From Octopus bimaculoides (Eukaryota), in the NCBI RefSeq assembly GCF_001194135.2, contig NC_068989.1, forward strand, positions 28,973,515 through 29,037,413: a stretch of 63,899 nt of DNA. Reading direction: 5' to 3'. The notes beneath the pieces were generated by a model, which saw only the letters and a list, made by a program, of their open reading frames with translations, was not told where the DNA came from and searched no databases. Below, in pieces: positions 26,721 to 39,917 of this stretch. Every line of letters begins with the position of its first letter. Within the stretch, counting starts at the first letter, position 1. Both the position numbers and the translations under genes were made by a program.

Positions 26721-27265
26721 AACTACTTCTTTAGAATACACATCCCAATCAACTGTAACTCAGAAGAGCCTAGAGCTGAAATATTTTGAAATATCGAGAC
26801 CAGGAGTATTATTAACTGCAGAAGAAGCTACATGCAACAAATAGAGTGTAAAGAAATACTGACAAAAGGATGAAGTATGGTGAAGGTTGAAATATATAAA
26901 AATCTAATTATTAAAAAGTTGATAAATTATAAGAAAAGCTATTTCTATTCATTTTTCCAAACAGAACAAAGTTGCAGTTTTACCTTGTATTTCTATATTT
27001 CAGGGTGAAGACCCATTCCTCAGGACATTCGGAAGAACAATTGTTGGAAGAAGTTGGCAACAGACTTTTTCCAATCACCACTTTTCTGAATCTCTTGAAG
27101 ATAGGCTCTTCACCCCAAAATATAGAAATATAAGATAAAACTGCAACTATGTTCTGTTTTCTTTTCATTTTGTAGTGTACTTTGCACCTTCACACATTGT
27201 TTTGACTTTACACATTCTTTAAATTTATACCTCACACTGCTTCACAAAATCCTCATTTTATTTTA

Positions 27266-28704
27266 TCTTATATATTAAAAGGCAAGCTCTCTGTGTTGTG
27301 TGAACCACTTCTACTCCTACAATTTTCAACCGAATTTCACCAANNNNNNNNNNNNNNNNNNNNNNNNNNNNNNNNNNNNNNNNNNNNNNNNNNNNNNNNN
27401 NNNNNNNNNNNNNNNNNNNNNNNNNNNNNNNNNNNNNNNNNNNNNNNNNNNNAATACTTTACTGTGTTAGCTTTGGCAAGCACTTATCGACTGCTTGCAC
27501 AGTACTGCCAGCAGTATTCATTTGCGAGTTACAACTTGCCTCTGTTTTCACATGAGCGCTCTTTTTCATATAACTATTCCAACTTAAAACTAGCCACTTC
27601 AAAACTCTTACCCAAAATTAAAAATCCTTGATTCGATCTGTTTGATTAATATTTTTGCCAACTACATTTTATTATTTTTTGGGTGCTACACATTCACCGC
27701 TTTTTCCTTAGGACTTTTTCTATTGCATAAACTGATAATTTTAAACCATGCCTCGATGCAAAAGATCCAATATAGGTTAGCAAACAAATGCTGCAAAGGA
27801 AAGTAACCATATATGTGCAAATGAATCTGCTGAGGATGCTGCCAGGAAGAACTCTCTCAATGCACTTAGGATGGCTTCAGCGTGAAGAAGAGAAAGTGAA
27901 GAGCAGCGTTGTGATTGGTTAGCACGTTTTGCTGTGCAACGAGCTGCAATGAGCAATGTTCAGCACATCGAACAAGAAACACTTCCTCTACTGCTGCTGC
28001 ATGAGCTTCAGAGACTTCAACACAAGGCGCAGGTTGACTTACAAGAGATGCTTCCTGAACTGCTGTTGCATGAGCTGCAGATACTGCAGCACAATGCACA
28101 GATCGACTTAAAAGAGATGTAACTGCTGCTGTGTGTGCTACGGAGACTACAGGGCAAAGACAACAATGGATGTTGTTCTATGCGGCAAACAGGAAAACAT
28201 CAGGTAACCATACCCTTGTCACATTTATTTCATTAGTGTAATCTTCACAGTATGCTCTCCGTTAAGTGCCGCCAATTGTGAGGTAGGCAACTACACTTTT
28301 CATCTTTTTTGCACAGGCCACATGTCAAATTTTTTGTTCAGATAATGCTGTATGTGCAACCCAGCGAAATAGCAGATAAACATACTATTTCTCTTTATGT
28401 CATATCTTTAGGCTCAACCTTTCTATCTGCTAAGCAGCACATGTCAGCAGTTATGTGGTAAGGAAAATAAACCCAATTACTGCCGGTTTTTTACAGATCG
28501 ACCTACTGTCCCAATGGAAAACAATGACAATGGTGTGGGCATATGACTCTGCATGTTCACTATTGCGCTAAATAAATCAAATGCAGGGAACATCTGCCAT
28601 TATGATTTCTTTCATTCAGTTCAGAGGTGCATCTGTGAATGGGCTAATAACCAAACAGGCATACTTAACAAACAGCCCTGGGCAACGCCGGGTATGCCTG
28701 CTAG
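27266..28704 (+). mobile_element. Non-autonomous/decayed Helitron
   Basis: 5' A|TCttatatattaaaa. Remnant N-terminal ORF from 27748 (MPRCKRSNIG*QTNAAKE...RRESEEQR) resembles the R/E/A-rich N-terminus of Helitron RepHel proteins. 3' ccctgggcaacgccggg hairpin followed by CTAG (28701-28704). Confidence 0.7.
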
Positions 28705-29323
28705 CATATGTATAAGCAACACTTGCAGCCACCCCAGTGGGGTCCGCTTGAATGGACAGCCACGTTGGGGTGGCTGTGAGTGTTGCTTGTCAGTGCAGCT
28801 ACTGCATTGATCTGGAGAGATTTTGGAGTTGGCATTTTTGCTTATATATATATATGATAGGCTTCTTTCACTCTCCATCAACCAAATCCACTCACAAGGC
28901 TTTGGTTGACCTGAAGCTATAGTAGAAGACACTTGCCCAAGGTGCCATGCTGTGGGACTGAACTTGGAACTATGTATTTGGGAAGCAAGTCTCATACATA
29001 TATTTATAAAAAATGCATATATAAACAGATAGCCATTAACACATGAACACATACATACATATATGCTGAACTTTCAACCCACTGCCAGTGGGTTGAGTGA
29101 CAACAAACCATAACTTTTACTCCCAATCTGTCACACACACACACACACACATAACTTAGCAGGTTCAGTGACCATAGAGAGTACCTCTCACTATTAACCT
29201 GTCAGTCACATCTGTCTCTACACTGACATTTGCCCTTCCTCTATATCTGATAATTTTATTTACTCTTTTTATGTATGTAACTGTATTGTATCAGCAAATA
29301 CGTCTCCAAAGAGGTTGATACAT

Positions 29324-29513
29324 TTATCCTTTTGCTACCATATTTCTGTTGAAATACACTGCTTTTTTCTATAAATTTATAAAATAATGAATAATTCAGT
29401 GAAATAACTTTGGAATATAAATTAACATGAAATTTTAATGGAAAGTCTTAATTTAGCTCACTTTAAAACAGGAACAAAAATGGTTTAAAGCAGGTTGGCA
29501 TGAAAAGGGTTAA
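29324..29513. mobile_element. Small TTAA-associated MITE (piggyBac-like ends)
   Basis: Ends tta(t)ccttttg ... gaaaagggTTAA; short imperfect TIRs; no ORF. Confidence 0.5.
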
Positions 29514-30323
29514 GTGCATTGGTATGTATGTGCTGTCTGTATTTAGTGTTTACGTATGTACTTATGTCTCATTATATGTGTTTTGTGTGTTTATATCTAT
29601 GCTATGTGTATGTACATATCCCAAAGTGACACACACACTTGAGATGACATCAGTATGTTAGTGTTCAAGCATTGAAAGAAAAATGACAGTTTCCACAGAG
29701 AGATATATAATTCTAATTACAGTAGGAGAATATATATGTATATATACTTATCTACTTGAAGTCAACGATTCACTGAACTATTGCTGAAAGTTTCTTGCCC
29801 TGTAATCCTTTTGTCGCACATAACAAGTAAGTGGAGAACAGCAGAATGAAACATCACTGCTCTACTGTGTTGAGCAATTTAAATCTTTTTCTTTATCCAC
29901 ATGCATCTCTCTCATTCTCTTTACACACGCACTCACATACATACATATACAAGAGAGAGAGGGAGGGAGAGAGTGAGAGAGAGAGGGGGAGAGGGAGAGA
30001 GAGGGGCTGAATTTTGTATTTGGATCAAAGAAACACTTGATTCTAAAAACTTAGTAAGATAATTTTCTAGGAGACATTATCTTTGTAGCACTTATCACAT
30101 ACCTACATATATGTCAGGTGCATTTAAATGCACCTGACACATACAGTAGAAACCTAACATCATTTTGATATTTTAGCAAGTTGTTAAAAAAAAAGAAGAA
30201 AGAAACTTAATAGAACAATATAGATTTAGAAGAGTGAGCAGAAAAAAAGGTAGAAAATAGTGCTTTGAATTTTAAACACAATTTAATTTATCAATACATC
30301 TCATGTTGGTTATTTATCAATCA

Positions 30324-30600
30324 TCTATATATATAAAACTGAGAATGTGCCTGTCTGTATGTATGTGTGTGTGTGTGCATCACTAAAACTCGACAACTAC
30401 CCAACCAATTTCATTCAAATATTACACATGCCTTACTTAGGGTCTATGCAGTGTCATGGCCCAAAAATATTTTCAATTTCTTGCCTAATGTGAGATCAGC
30501 AATCTCTTATCTCTTACACTGTTTCCATATTACATGTCAAAAGTGAAACAATAACATCTCTATTAATACTTTCACTATTATATGGTTTCAATTTCAATTA
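30324..30600 (+). mobile_element. Helitron-like 5' fragment
   Basis: A|TCtatatatataaaactgagaatgtg, then tgtctgtatg microsatellite and accaatttcattcaaa core, typical of Helitron/DINE-like 5' ends; no 3' end seen. Confidence 0.5.
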
Positions 30601-30624
30601 CTTTCATTATGTATCTATATATAA

Positions 30625-31807
30625 TAGGGGCTGGATAAAATAATGGAAACACCTAGCATCATAGTATCATAATTTTGAAATATCTATAAAACCATCAAAA
30701 GCTTGTTTATTTTTATGCTTTTTGCTTAATATGCTTTGCTAAAATTGCTGTTTCTTTTCAGATATCAGAAAAAGGTAATTGAAATTCATTAAACTTACAG
30801 ACCTATCAGACTTTCAAAGAGGTCAAATAGTAGGTACTCATATGGCAGGCGCTAGCATAGCGAAAACAGCCGAAATGTTTGGTGTATCAAGAAGTATTGT
30901 CTCCAAAGTAATGACAGCCTTTGATAAAAGAGGGAAAAACCTCCTTGTTGAAACAAAACTCCGGAAGAAAACCAAAACTTTCAGATAGGAACTCTTACGT
31001 GAATTGTTAGAAAGGATCACTAAAGTACAGCTCCCAAAGTTACTGCAGAGTTTAATGACCACCTTGAGAACCCAGTTTCCACAAAAACTGTTTGCCGGGA
31101 GCTGCACAAAACTGCATTTCAAAGGAAGGCTGCAATCAGAAAACCACTACTTTCAAAAACAAACATTGCAAGGTGTTTAGAGTGGAGTAAAAACCTACAG
31201 AATTGGTCTCTAGAGCAGTGGAAGAATGTTATTTTCTCGGCTGTGTATACGTATGGAGACAGCCAGATTGCTTTCTTCTAACTGTTAAACATGGAGGAGG
31301 ATCTGTGATGATCTTGGGGGCTATATCTTGGAAATCTGCCGGCCCAATGGTTTCCCTTCATGGCAGAATTAATAGTGAAGATTGTTTAAGCATTTTATCT
31401 AATCAAATTCATCCAGAACTGTTTGCGGAGGGAAACACAATCTTTCAGGATGACAATGCACCAATTCATACAGCTAAAGTCGTTACTAAATGGCATGAGG
31501 AACATTCTAGTGAAGCTGAACATCTCATCTGGCCACCAGTCCCCAGATCTCAATATTATTGAAAATTTATGGTGCATTTTAGAAAAATAAGTGAGGAGTC
31601 GATATCTTCCACCATCATCACTACAAGAACTGGAGACGGTTTTAGCTGGAGAATGGACAAAAATTCCTTTGGAGAGAACTCAAATTTTGTACGAGACCAT
31701 ACCTTGTAGAATTCAAGCTGTAATTATTGCCAAAGGTGGTCCTACTCCATATTAAAATAAATTTGTTTGAAATTTTAAGGTGTTTCCATTATTTTGTCCA
31801 ACTCCTG
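30625..31807 (+). mobile_element. Tc1-family DNA transposon, full length, frameshifted
   Basis: ~30 bp TIRs (taggggctggataaaataatggaaacacct / aggtgtttccattattttgtccaactcctg) with TA flank. Transposase 30779-31755 with LSDFQRGQIVG HTH, KHGGGSVM, FQDDNAPIH, WPP(Q)SPDLNIIENLW. Confidence 0.93.
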
Positions 31808-32949
31808 TATATATATATATATATATTAAATATATATATATATATATATAACAGTCTTCTTCAGTTTCCGTCTACAAAATCCACTCACAAGGCTTTGTGC
31901 AACCAGAGGCTATAGTAGAAGACACTTGCCCAAAGTGTCATGCAGTAGGACTGAACCTGGAACCATGGAGTTGGGAAGCAAGCTTCTTATCACACAGCCA
32001 ATCTTGCGCCCATATATACATACATATATATATGCACAGATATATATATACATATATAAATACATATATACACATATAAATACATATATATATACATATA
32101 TACACATATACACACACACATATATATATTACATATTTATCAGGATGAATTTATCTTCAACCTTTAATAGGAATTTGTTGCGTACATTTCTAATGTCTTT
32201 TCTTCATATGTTATTTACGAATTTTTAAATCGTATAGGTATGAAAGTATGTAAAGATATAATCAATATCAGACTTAATTTATGAAAGAAAGTTCAATAAA
32301 TTTCATCAAATAAATGAAATCAAGTAGATAGGATGTTAAAATGGAGTATGCTTTCATATTTCCAGACAATAGTTTCACAGAAAAGGACCAAGATTTCCAT
32401 AAAGAGAACATCATAAAGGTCAATTTTGTACTCTTCAGTAGGTGAGATTTAAAGGAAAATAAAAATAAACAAAAGACATCTAAAATATACAGAGAATTTT
32501 CTCTTAGTTCTCATTATTATTTAGGTATTTGTATATTCATACTTCCACTCACAAATATTTGTACATTCATACTTATTTCTATATCCATCACAACTATTTG
32601 TATAATCATACTGCCACACACAATTTTTTGAATCGAGTCTCAATTCAAATAATTGTGAGTGGAAGTATGAATATACAAATACCTAAATAATAATGATAAC
32701 TAAGAAAAAATTCTATGTATAATTTCAATGTCTTCTTGTTTATTTTTTTAATTTTTCTTTAAATCTCACCTACTGAAGAATACAAACTTGACCTTTATGA
32801 TGTTCTCTTTATAGAAATCTTGGTTCTATTGTCCAAAACAATTGTCTGGGAATAGGAAATAAAAGCATAATCTATTTTAATATCCAATCTGCTTCATTTC
32901 ATTTATTTGATGAAATTTATTGAACTTTCTTTAATAAATCAAGTCTGAT

Positions 32950-32997
<48 letters not shown>

Positions 32998-33161
32998 GTG
33001 TATATATATATATATGTTTATACATACATATACATATATTTACACATACATACATATATCTATTTATACGAACATACATATGCATATATTTATTTATACA
33101 TATACATATATATATATATATATACACACATACATACATATATATATATATATATTTATTT

Positions 33162-33203
<42 letters not shown>

Positions 33204-33237
33204 TTATACATACATATATATATATACATATTTATTT

Positions 33238-33280
<43 letters not shown>

Positions 33281-33944
33281 TACACATATATAATTACTAT
33301 CCCATGAAAACTCCTGCCTTGTTCGTCTGACTTCATCATGTGTTTGGTGATTAAACTATTTGTTCCTTTCTACTGATCATATTATATATGTTTGTAATGG
33401 CTTTTATGTAAGTCTCCTAATTATATACCCACTAGAAACTATAAAATCATATATGTAATAGTGCCTGTAACATTGCAATTCCCACTTATTTACTTTTTTA
33501 AAATTTTCGTTGCGTCTTGCAACCTTTCCAATAGTTGTTGAGTCTGTTATTCAATCTGCGTTCTTTTTGTTTGTTCGTGCACATACTCACACACGTATGC
33601 ATGCAAGTGTGTGTATGCATGTATGTATGTGTGTGTGTTTGCATATATACATATGTATGTGTGTATGTTTGTATATATGTATTCTGCATATTCATGTGTT
33701 TCTGTTTTTATGTGTGTCCATGGGTTTTTGTGACTATGTACTGTGCTTCTATGTATGGATGTGTATCTCCATATGTGTCCTTGTGTGAAGTGAAGTGTGT
33801 GTGTGTATATGGTCATGCATTTCAGTCTTCATTTGTGTATGTGTGCTTGTCCATATAACCTGTGTACCTATCCGTCTGTATGTGTATCTGTTTACTTTCA
33901 TATCCATATGCCTACATACATGTGTATATAAATATATACATATA

Positions 33945-34340
33945 GGCGCAGGAGTGGCTGTGTGGTAAGTAGCTTGCTTACCAACCACATGGTTCTGGGT
34001 TCAGTCCCACTGCATGGCACCTTGGGCAAGTGTCTTCTACTATAGCCTCGGGCCGACCAAAGCCTTGTGAGTGGATTTGGTAGACGGAAACTGAAGGAAG
34101 CCCATTGTATATATGTATATATATATGTATGTGTGTATGTTTGTGTGTCTGTGTTTGTCCCCCCAACTTCGCTTGACAACTGAGGCTGGTGTGTTTACGT
34201 CCCCGTAACTTAGCGGTTCGGCAAAAAGAGACCGATAGAATAAGTACTAGGCTTACAAAGAATAAGTCCTGGGGTCGATTTTCTCAACTAAAGGCGGTGC
34301 CCCAGCATGGCCGCAGTCAAATGACTGAAACAAGTAAAAG
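33945..34340 (+). mobile_element. Full-length tRNA-derived octopus SINE inserted downstream of the Penelope-like ORF
   Basis: Pol III A box (tggctgtgtggtaag) and B box (ggttcagtccc), central gcaccttgggcaagtg domain, internal TATG/TGTG microsatellite, (AG)n tail. Confidence 0.85.
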
Positions 34341-34476
34341 AGAGAGAGAGAGTAAAGAGAGTAATACGCACACATACACACATGCATCTATCTACATAAC
34401 AGTTCACTAACTATTCTACCTGTACATAAATATAAACTGTGGACATGGGAGTGTGATTATCTACTACGTATATTTC

Positions 34477-35712
34477 CTATTTAGTACTGGGGATGTACTC
34501 CTGTATTTGTGTGAGTGTTGGGTCCTTTGGATGCTTGAATAAAATGTGGATGTCAAGTTGACCCAGGTTGCCTCTATGTTGATCCTTGGCATGTTTGTAG
34601 AGTATGAAGGACTGTTTTTTGTCGTCATATTGTCTCAAATGTTCATTTAGTATTTCCACAATGCCCCTAGATGTCTCCCCTATGTATGTCATGTTCATGT
34701 CTTTACAAGCACCTTCTATGCATCTTATGCTGTAGACTACATTTCTAGTTCTACAGTTCATGCCAGGCTAATCCTATGTACCATGCAGTTATCATTGGTG
34801 CATAGGGTATTCTCAAAGGGGTACATCCTGCATAGTTGTAATCTGATGGAATTCCCTGGCTTTTCAACAATCTTAATGTTGAGTTTGGTCTCCTTCAGAG
34901 CTTTCTTAAATCTACGAGATAGTTCTCCATGGGCTGTGGCCTCTACAAACATCACTCCTTGATATTTGTGGATTTTATACTACATGTTTGCCTTTTTTGC
35001 TTTGTCACAAGCTCTTGTATCCTATTCCATTCTTTGCTTCAAAATCTAGGGCAGGTACCACTGGTATCATTACATATAATTTTATCTAACTTCTTTGTAG
35101 CACCCCTGTATACTTGAACCCTATCTTTCTGATCGTATCCAGAGAATTGCATGCAGTGCATGAAGTTCTGTACATGTTTCTTTATTTCATAGGGTTTGCA
35201 TAGTGGGAACACGTTGTTCATTATCCTAACTAAGTCTGCTATCAGTATGTTAATTTTCATGTTATGTGTCAAAGCTGAGTTCTTGTGAACAACATATTTT
35301 GAAGCTATGGGTTTCATGTAATAGGAGTGGAGGAGGAACTGCACTCTGTTGTTCACAGTCTCTAACCAAAGTTCAGTATCAAGGACAGGGAGTCTATTGT
35401 TGGGGTAATCTATAGTTACCTTATGTTCCTCTCAGTTTCTACATTACTGTTACTAGAGTTGGTCTTAACTATGATATTAATGTCATCTACATACCTACTG
35501 TAAAGTAGAAGAGTTGTGGACTGCTCTACTAAGGATTGCTTAAGTTTTCTGTCCCACCAGGTCATAAAGAAGCAAGCTACATCTCCAGCTACACCGACAC
35601 CAATGGCTGTACCTTGAACTTGCATGTATAGTTTCTTGTTAAACTTTACAATGTGGTTCTTGAAGGCGGTTCTTACATTAGCCCCTATTGCACGTGCAAT
35701 CATTCCTTTCAC
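34477..35712 (-). mobile_element. Penelope-like retroelement (RT followed by GIY-YIG endonuclease), 5' truncated
   Basis: RT: QVQGTAIG...LLYSRYVDDINII; thumb LPVLD...YYMKPIASKYVVHKNSAL; C-terminal GIY-YIG: CRTRNVVYSIRC...YIGETSRG...NEHLRQ; frameshifts between segments. Confidence 0.88.
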
Positions 35713-35922
35713 CTGATTGTTGTTCTCAGGGTCTTGGGTGGGTACAGTCCAGCAACTTCAGTGCTCTGTGGTGGACAGAGTCAACAACTATTGAAAAGGC
35801 TGCAAGACGTAATGAATATTTTAGAAAAAAAAGAAATAAGTAAATGAATGGAAATTTCACTGGAGAGTGTGTTAAATTATTAGGCACCAAAAGAGAATGA
35901 CTCACCCCAGACACAACAGAAT

Positions 35923-35955
<33 letters not shown>

Positions 35956-36013
35956 CATACATATATATAAATATATATACATATATACACTCATACATAT
36001 AAATACATACACT

Positions 36014-36074
<61 letters not shown>

Positions 36075-36187
36075 ATATATATATATATATATACATACAT
36101 ACATACACACATATATATATATACATATATACAAACACACACACATATATAGATACATATATATATATATACATATGTACATAAGGA

Positions 36188-36513
36188 GGTGCAATGGCCC
36201 AGTGGTTAGGGCAGCGGATTTGCTGTCATAGGATCACGGTTTCGATTCCCAGACTGGGTGTTGTGAGTGTTTATTAAGTGAAAACACCTAAAGCTCCACG
36301 ATGCTCCGGCAGGGGATGGTGGCGAACCCTGCTGTACTCTTTCACCACAACTTTCTCTCACTCTTACTTCCTGTTTCTGTTGTGCCTGTAATTCAAAGGG
36401 TCAGCCTTGTCACACTGTGTCACGCTGAATATCCCCGAGAACTACGTTAAGGGTACACGTGTCTGTGGAGTGCTCAGCCACTTACACGTTAATTTTACGA
36501 GCAGGCTGTTCCG
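36188..36513 (+). mobile_element. Third tRNA-derived SINE family, runs into a gap
   Basis: A box tggcccagtggttagg, B box ggtttcgattccc, followed by a long non-tRNA body. Confidence 0.75.
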
Positions 36514-36986
36514 NNNNNNNNNNNNNNNNNNNNNNNNNNNNNNNNNNNNNNNNNNNNNNNNNNNNNNNNNNNNNNNNNNNNNNNNNNNNNNNNNNNNNNN
36601 NNNNNNNNNNNNNNNNNNNNNNNNNNNNNNNNNNNNNNNNNNNNNNNNNNNNNNNNNNNNNNNNNNNNNNNNNNNNNNNNNNNNNNNNNNNNNNNNNNNN
36701 NNNNNNNNNNNNNNNNNNNNNNNNNNNNNNNNNNNNNNNNNNNNNNNNNNNNNNNNNNNNNNNNNNNNNNNNNNNNNNNNNNNNNNNNNNNNNNNNNNNN
36801 NNNNNNNNNNNNNNNNNNNNNNNNNNNNNNNNNNNNNNNNNNNNNNNNNNNNNNNNNNNNATATGTACATATATATATATGTACACATATATGTACATAT
36901 ATATGTACACACACATATATATACATACATATGTACACATATATATATATACATATATATACATACACATACATATATATACATAC

Positions 36987-37027
<41 letters not shown>

Positions 37028-37034
37028 CACATAC

Positions 37035-37065
<31 letters not shown>

Positions 37066-37114
37066 CATATATATATACATACATACATATATATATACAT
37101 ACATACATATATAT

Positions 37115-37167
<53 letters not shown>

Positions 37168-38005
37168 TACATACATTCTTTCTCAGTTTATTTCCACGTT
37201 CCTTTCTGTTGAAATGCATAGGCTTGAAACGTAAAAGACTTTCTCACCTTCCTGAGCATCAAAGTAATACACCTGCTTGTTATTTATACACCTGTCTTCA
37301 TCTTTTGTTTTTCTGTAAATTTCAACTATATATATATATATATATGAAAAAATTAAATATTGCAATACAAATGCATTACTTTCCAGTAAAATAAAGCACC
37401 GTAAAGGTAGAAGTATAAATATAGAATAATGGTACAAGGCACCAATTTTTACTGGAAATAGCAGTTGATTAATTTACAACACTATAGTAAAGCTCCACTG
37501 TATATATACTGGCAAAGACCTGTGCAGGCAGTGAACATAAAACTTTCGTCTTACCTCAAGGAGGAACATTAGATAAATGGACAACCCAGAATCAGATAAG
37601 TTAGTACCTAGGTTTCAGAGTCTTCAAATACGATTGTTATCGTAAATTCTTCAGTTAGATTTACTTGGACAATATTTCACTGTTCTTGGTTCTGTTAACA
37701 GCTAGGTGTTCAGGCAAGTATAATGGCACTGATGTAGCAACATTTGAAATAATGTCCTGGTAAATCCAGCTGAAGAAGACTAATCAAATTTATAATAACA
37801 AACGTATTTGAAGAGGCCGAAACCTAGGTACCAGATTATCCGTTTCTGGGGTTTCCATTTATCTAATGTTCTTCCCAGAGGTAAGACGAAATTTTTATGT
37901 TCGATGCCTGCACACATCTTTGCCAATATATATACAGCAAAGCTTTACTATAGGGTTGTAAATTTATTGAACCATTATTCTATATATATATACATATATA
38001 CATAT

Positions 38006-38054
<49 letters not shown>

Positions 38055-38908
38055 CATACATACGTGTATATATTATATGTATAAATATATATATTTATAC
38101 GCATACACACATTCATATACTAACACAGATTGAAGAAATTTTTTAGAATGGCGTTAAAGCATATATCTATTTCTCTTTTTATTCATTTTCAATAGTTATA
38201 ATTTCTTAAAAATTGCTATATATATATATGTATGTATATATATATATGTGTGTATATATATATATATATATTCCTACTTTATATCTTATCTTTAATAAGA
38301 ACTGAGTTAACAGGATTTCACTAAAACAATCAACATATAGGATCTTTCAAGTCTAATGAGAAGTAAGCTAATATGTAGAGAAAAATGAAGAGTAAATTAA
38401 TTCATAGATTCCAGATTTTATAGCTTTGTGTGTGTGTGTGTGTCTGTGTGTGCATGGAGGGAAGTAATTGCTATTTAGTAACTAAGTTTTAACAACATGC
38501 CAAGATATAGAACATTAAAATTATGTATGGCAGGCAACAGAGGTGGTGGTGGGAAGGAAAAAAGGAATTTAAACATTGATTCTCAGCAAATACACCTATA
38601 CTATTTCCTCATATCCCTTACACACACACATTTTAGATGGATATCTCTACAGTGAGGAAGAAGAGAAAAAAAATCTATGAGCCACATATGAAACAACCAG
38701 CACATTGGTACTGCATCATTAGATTCTGACAAAGAAATCTGGCTGCCATTGTTAACTTTAGTCAATTATTTGTTTATTTTATTTTTGTTTTTATATACAT
38801 ATTTCCAGTCGAACATTTTTAGTATTGACAACTATTTCATTCAGGAAATTAAATAAAAGTTCATTATAACCTGAATGCTATTCTGTAATAACGATTAACA
38901 TTTTTTTA

Positions 38909-38958
<50 letters not shown>

Positions 38959-39618
38959 CAGCAATAATCTTAGTTCAAGGCCACCTACCTCTAATTGAAT
39001 GTTTAACTTCATTAATGCTAATTTTTTCCATAATTCTCTCTAGAAGTTATATTAGACAATAAAGATCTTATTACTTAATGAGGTGAATTACAGTAATTTA
39101 TTATTTGTTTTGTTTTTTGTTAATAACAAATATGACATGCTAGGTAATATACTACTACTACTACCTAAATATATTTAGTGGCTGAAGGCAATTTTTTCTG
39201 ATAAATATATTATTATGATGTATTTTTAATATAAAATTTAAAAAAAAAAAAAACCTTCAGTCAGTAAGTAATTATAAAGTCACTTTATAAACAACAGGTA
39301 TTCAAAGTAATTAGTGAACAGGTGAAAATGTCTATGAAGAAAATACTAATAATAATGCTACCTGACAGAACAACAGATGGCAATCCAAGCAATGTATATT
39401 CCTCGTACAGGTTTATATCTGCAGTATTTGCCATAAATGCTACACTTTAGACAGGCACTCAGGTAAAACCAACTATCCACCGTCATCAGGATAAGTCAAG
39501 TGCATCAGTTGTGTTTGGATGGAATTGTTGTAATTCAGAAAATAACAACAACAAAGCATATAGCTGCTGTGAGTGGTCTTACTTGAAATAGTGGTGTGAA
39601 CAATAGCAGCTGTAGCAA

Positions 39619-39654
<36 letters not shown>

Positions 39655-39871
39655 TAGCAGTAGCACACAATGTAAATGGCAACAGTTGCAATATTGATAA
39701 GAAGGCAAACAGCAGCAATAATATTGACACTGCAGAAGTAATTGGTAATCTGTGTTCACACTAAAATGTTCAACACTTAAAGTTTTGTATGTATGTAATT
39801 TCTGACAGTGATAATATGATTTGAGTTAAGTAGTGTACAGATAATAAGTGAGGAAGTGAGGATGAGACGAG

Positions 39872-39917
<46 letters not shown>

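Larger units (their letters stand above)
31808..38270. repeat. Cluster of long (TA)n/(TATACA)n/(TG)n microsatellites
   Basis: Tracts near 32015-32130, 32950-33290, 33570-33940, 35925-36180, 36861-37170, 37980-38110; they generate the YIYI-type ORFs. Confidence 0.95.

Noticed and set aside
27934-28122. Leu/Gln-rich 62 aa ORF with internal repeats
   Set aside because: Off-frame reading of the decayed Helitron N-terminal repeats.
36188-36260. tRNA-like sequence (also 33945-34015)
   Set aside because: A/B boxes present but cloverleaf imperfect and fused to a SINE body; called SINE, not tRNA.
32939-37394. Many ORFs rich in [12 protein letters not shown]
   Set aside because: Translations of TA/CA microsatellites.
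39473-39730. 85 aa ORF with signal-peptide-like start (MSILLLLFAF...)
   Set aside because: Starts at GTG, and its composition comes from (CAG/TAG)n repeats; no homology recognised.
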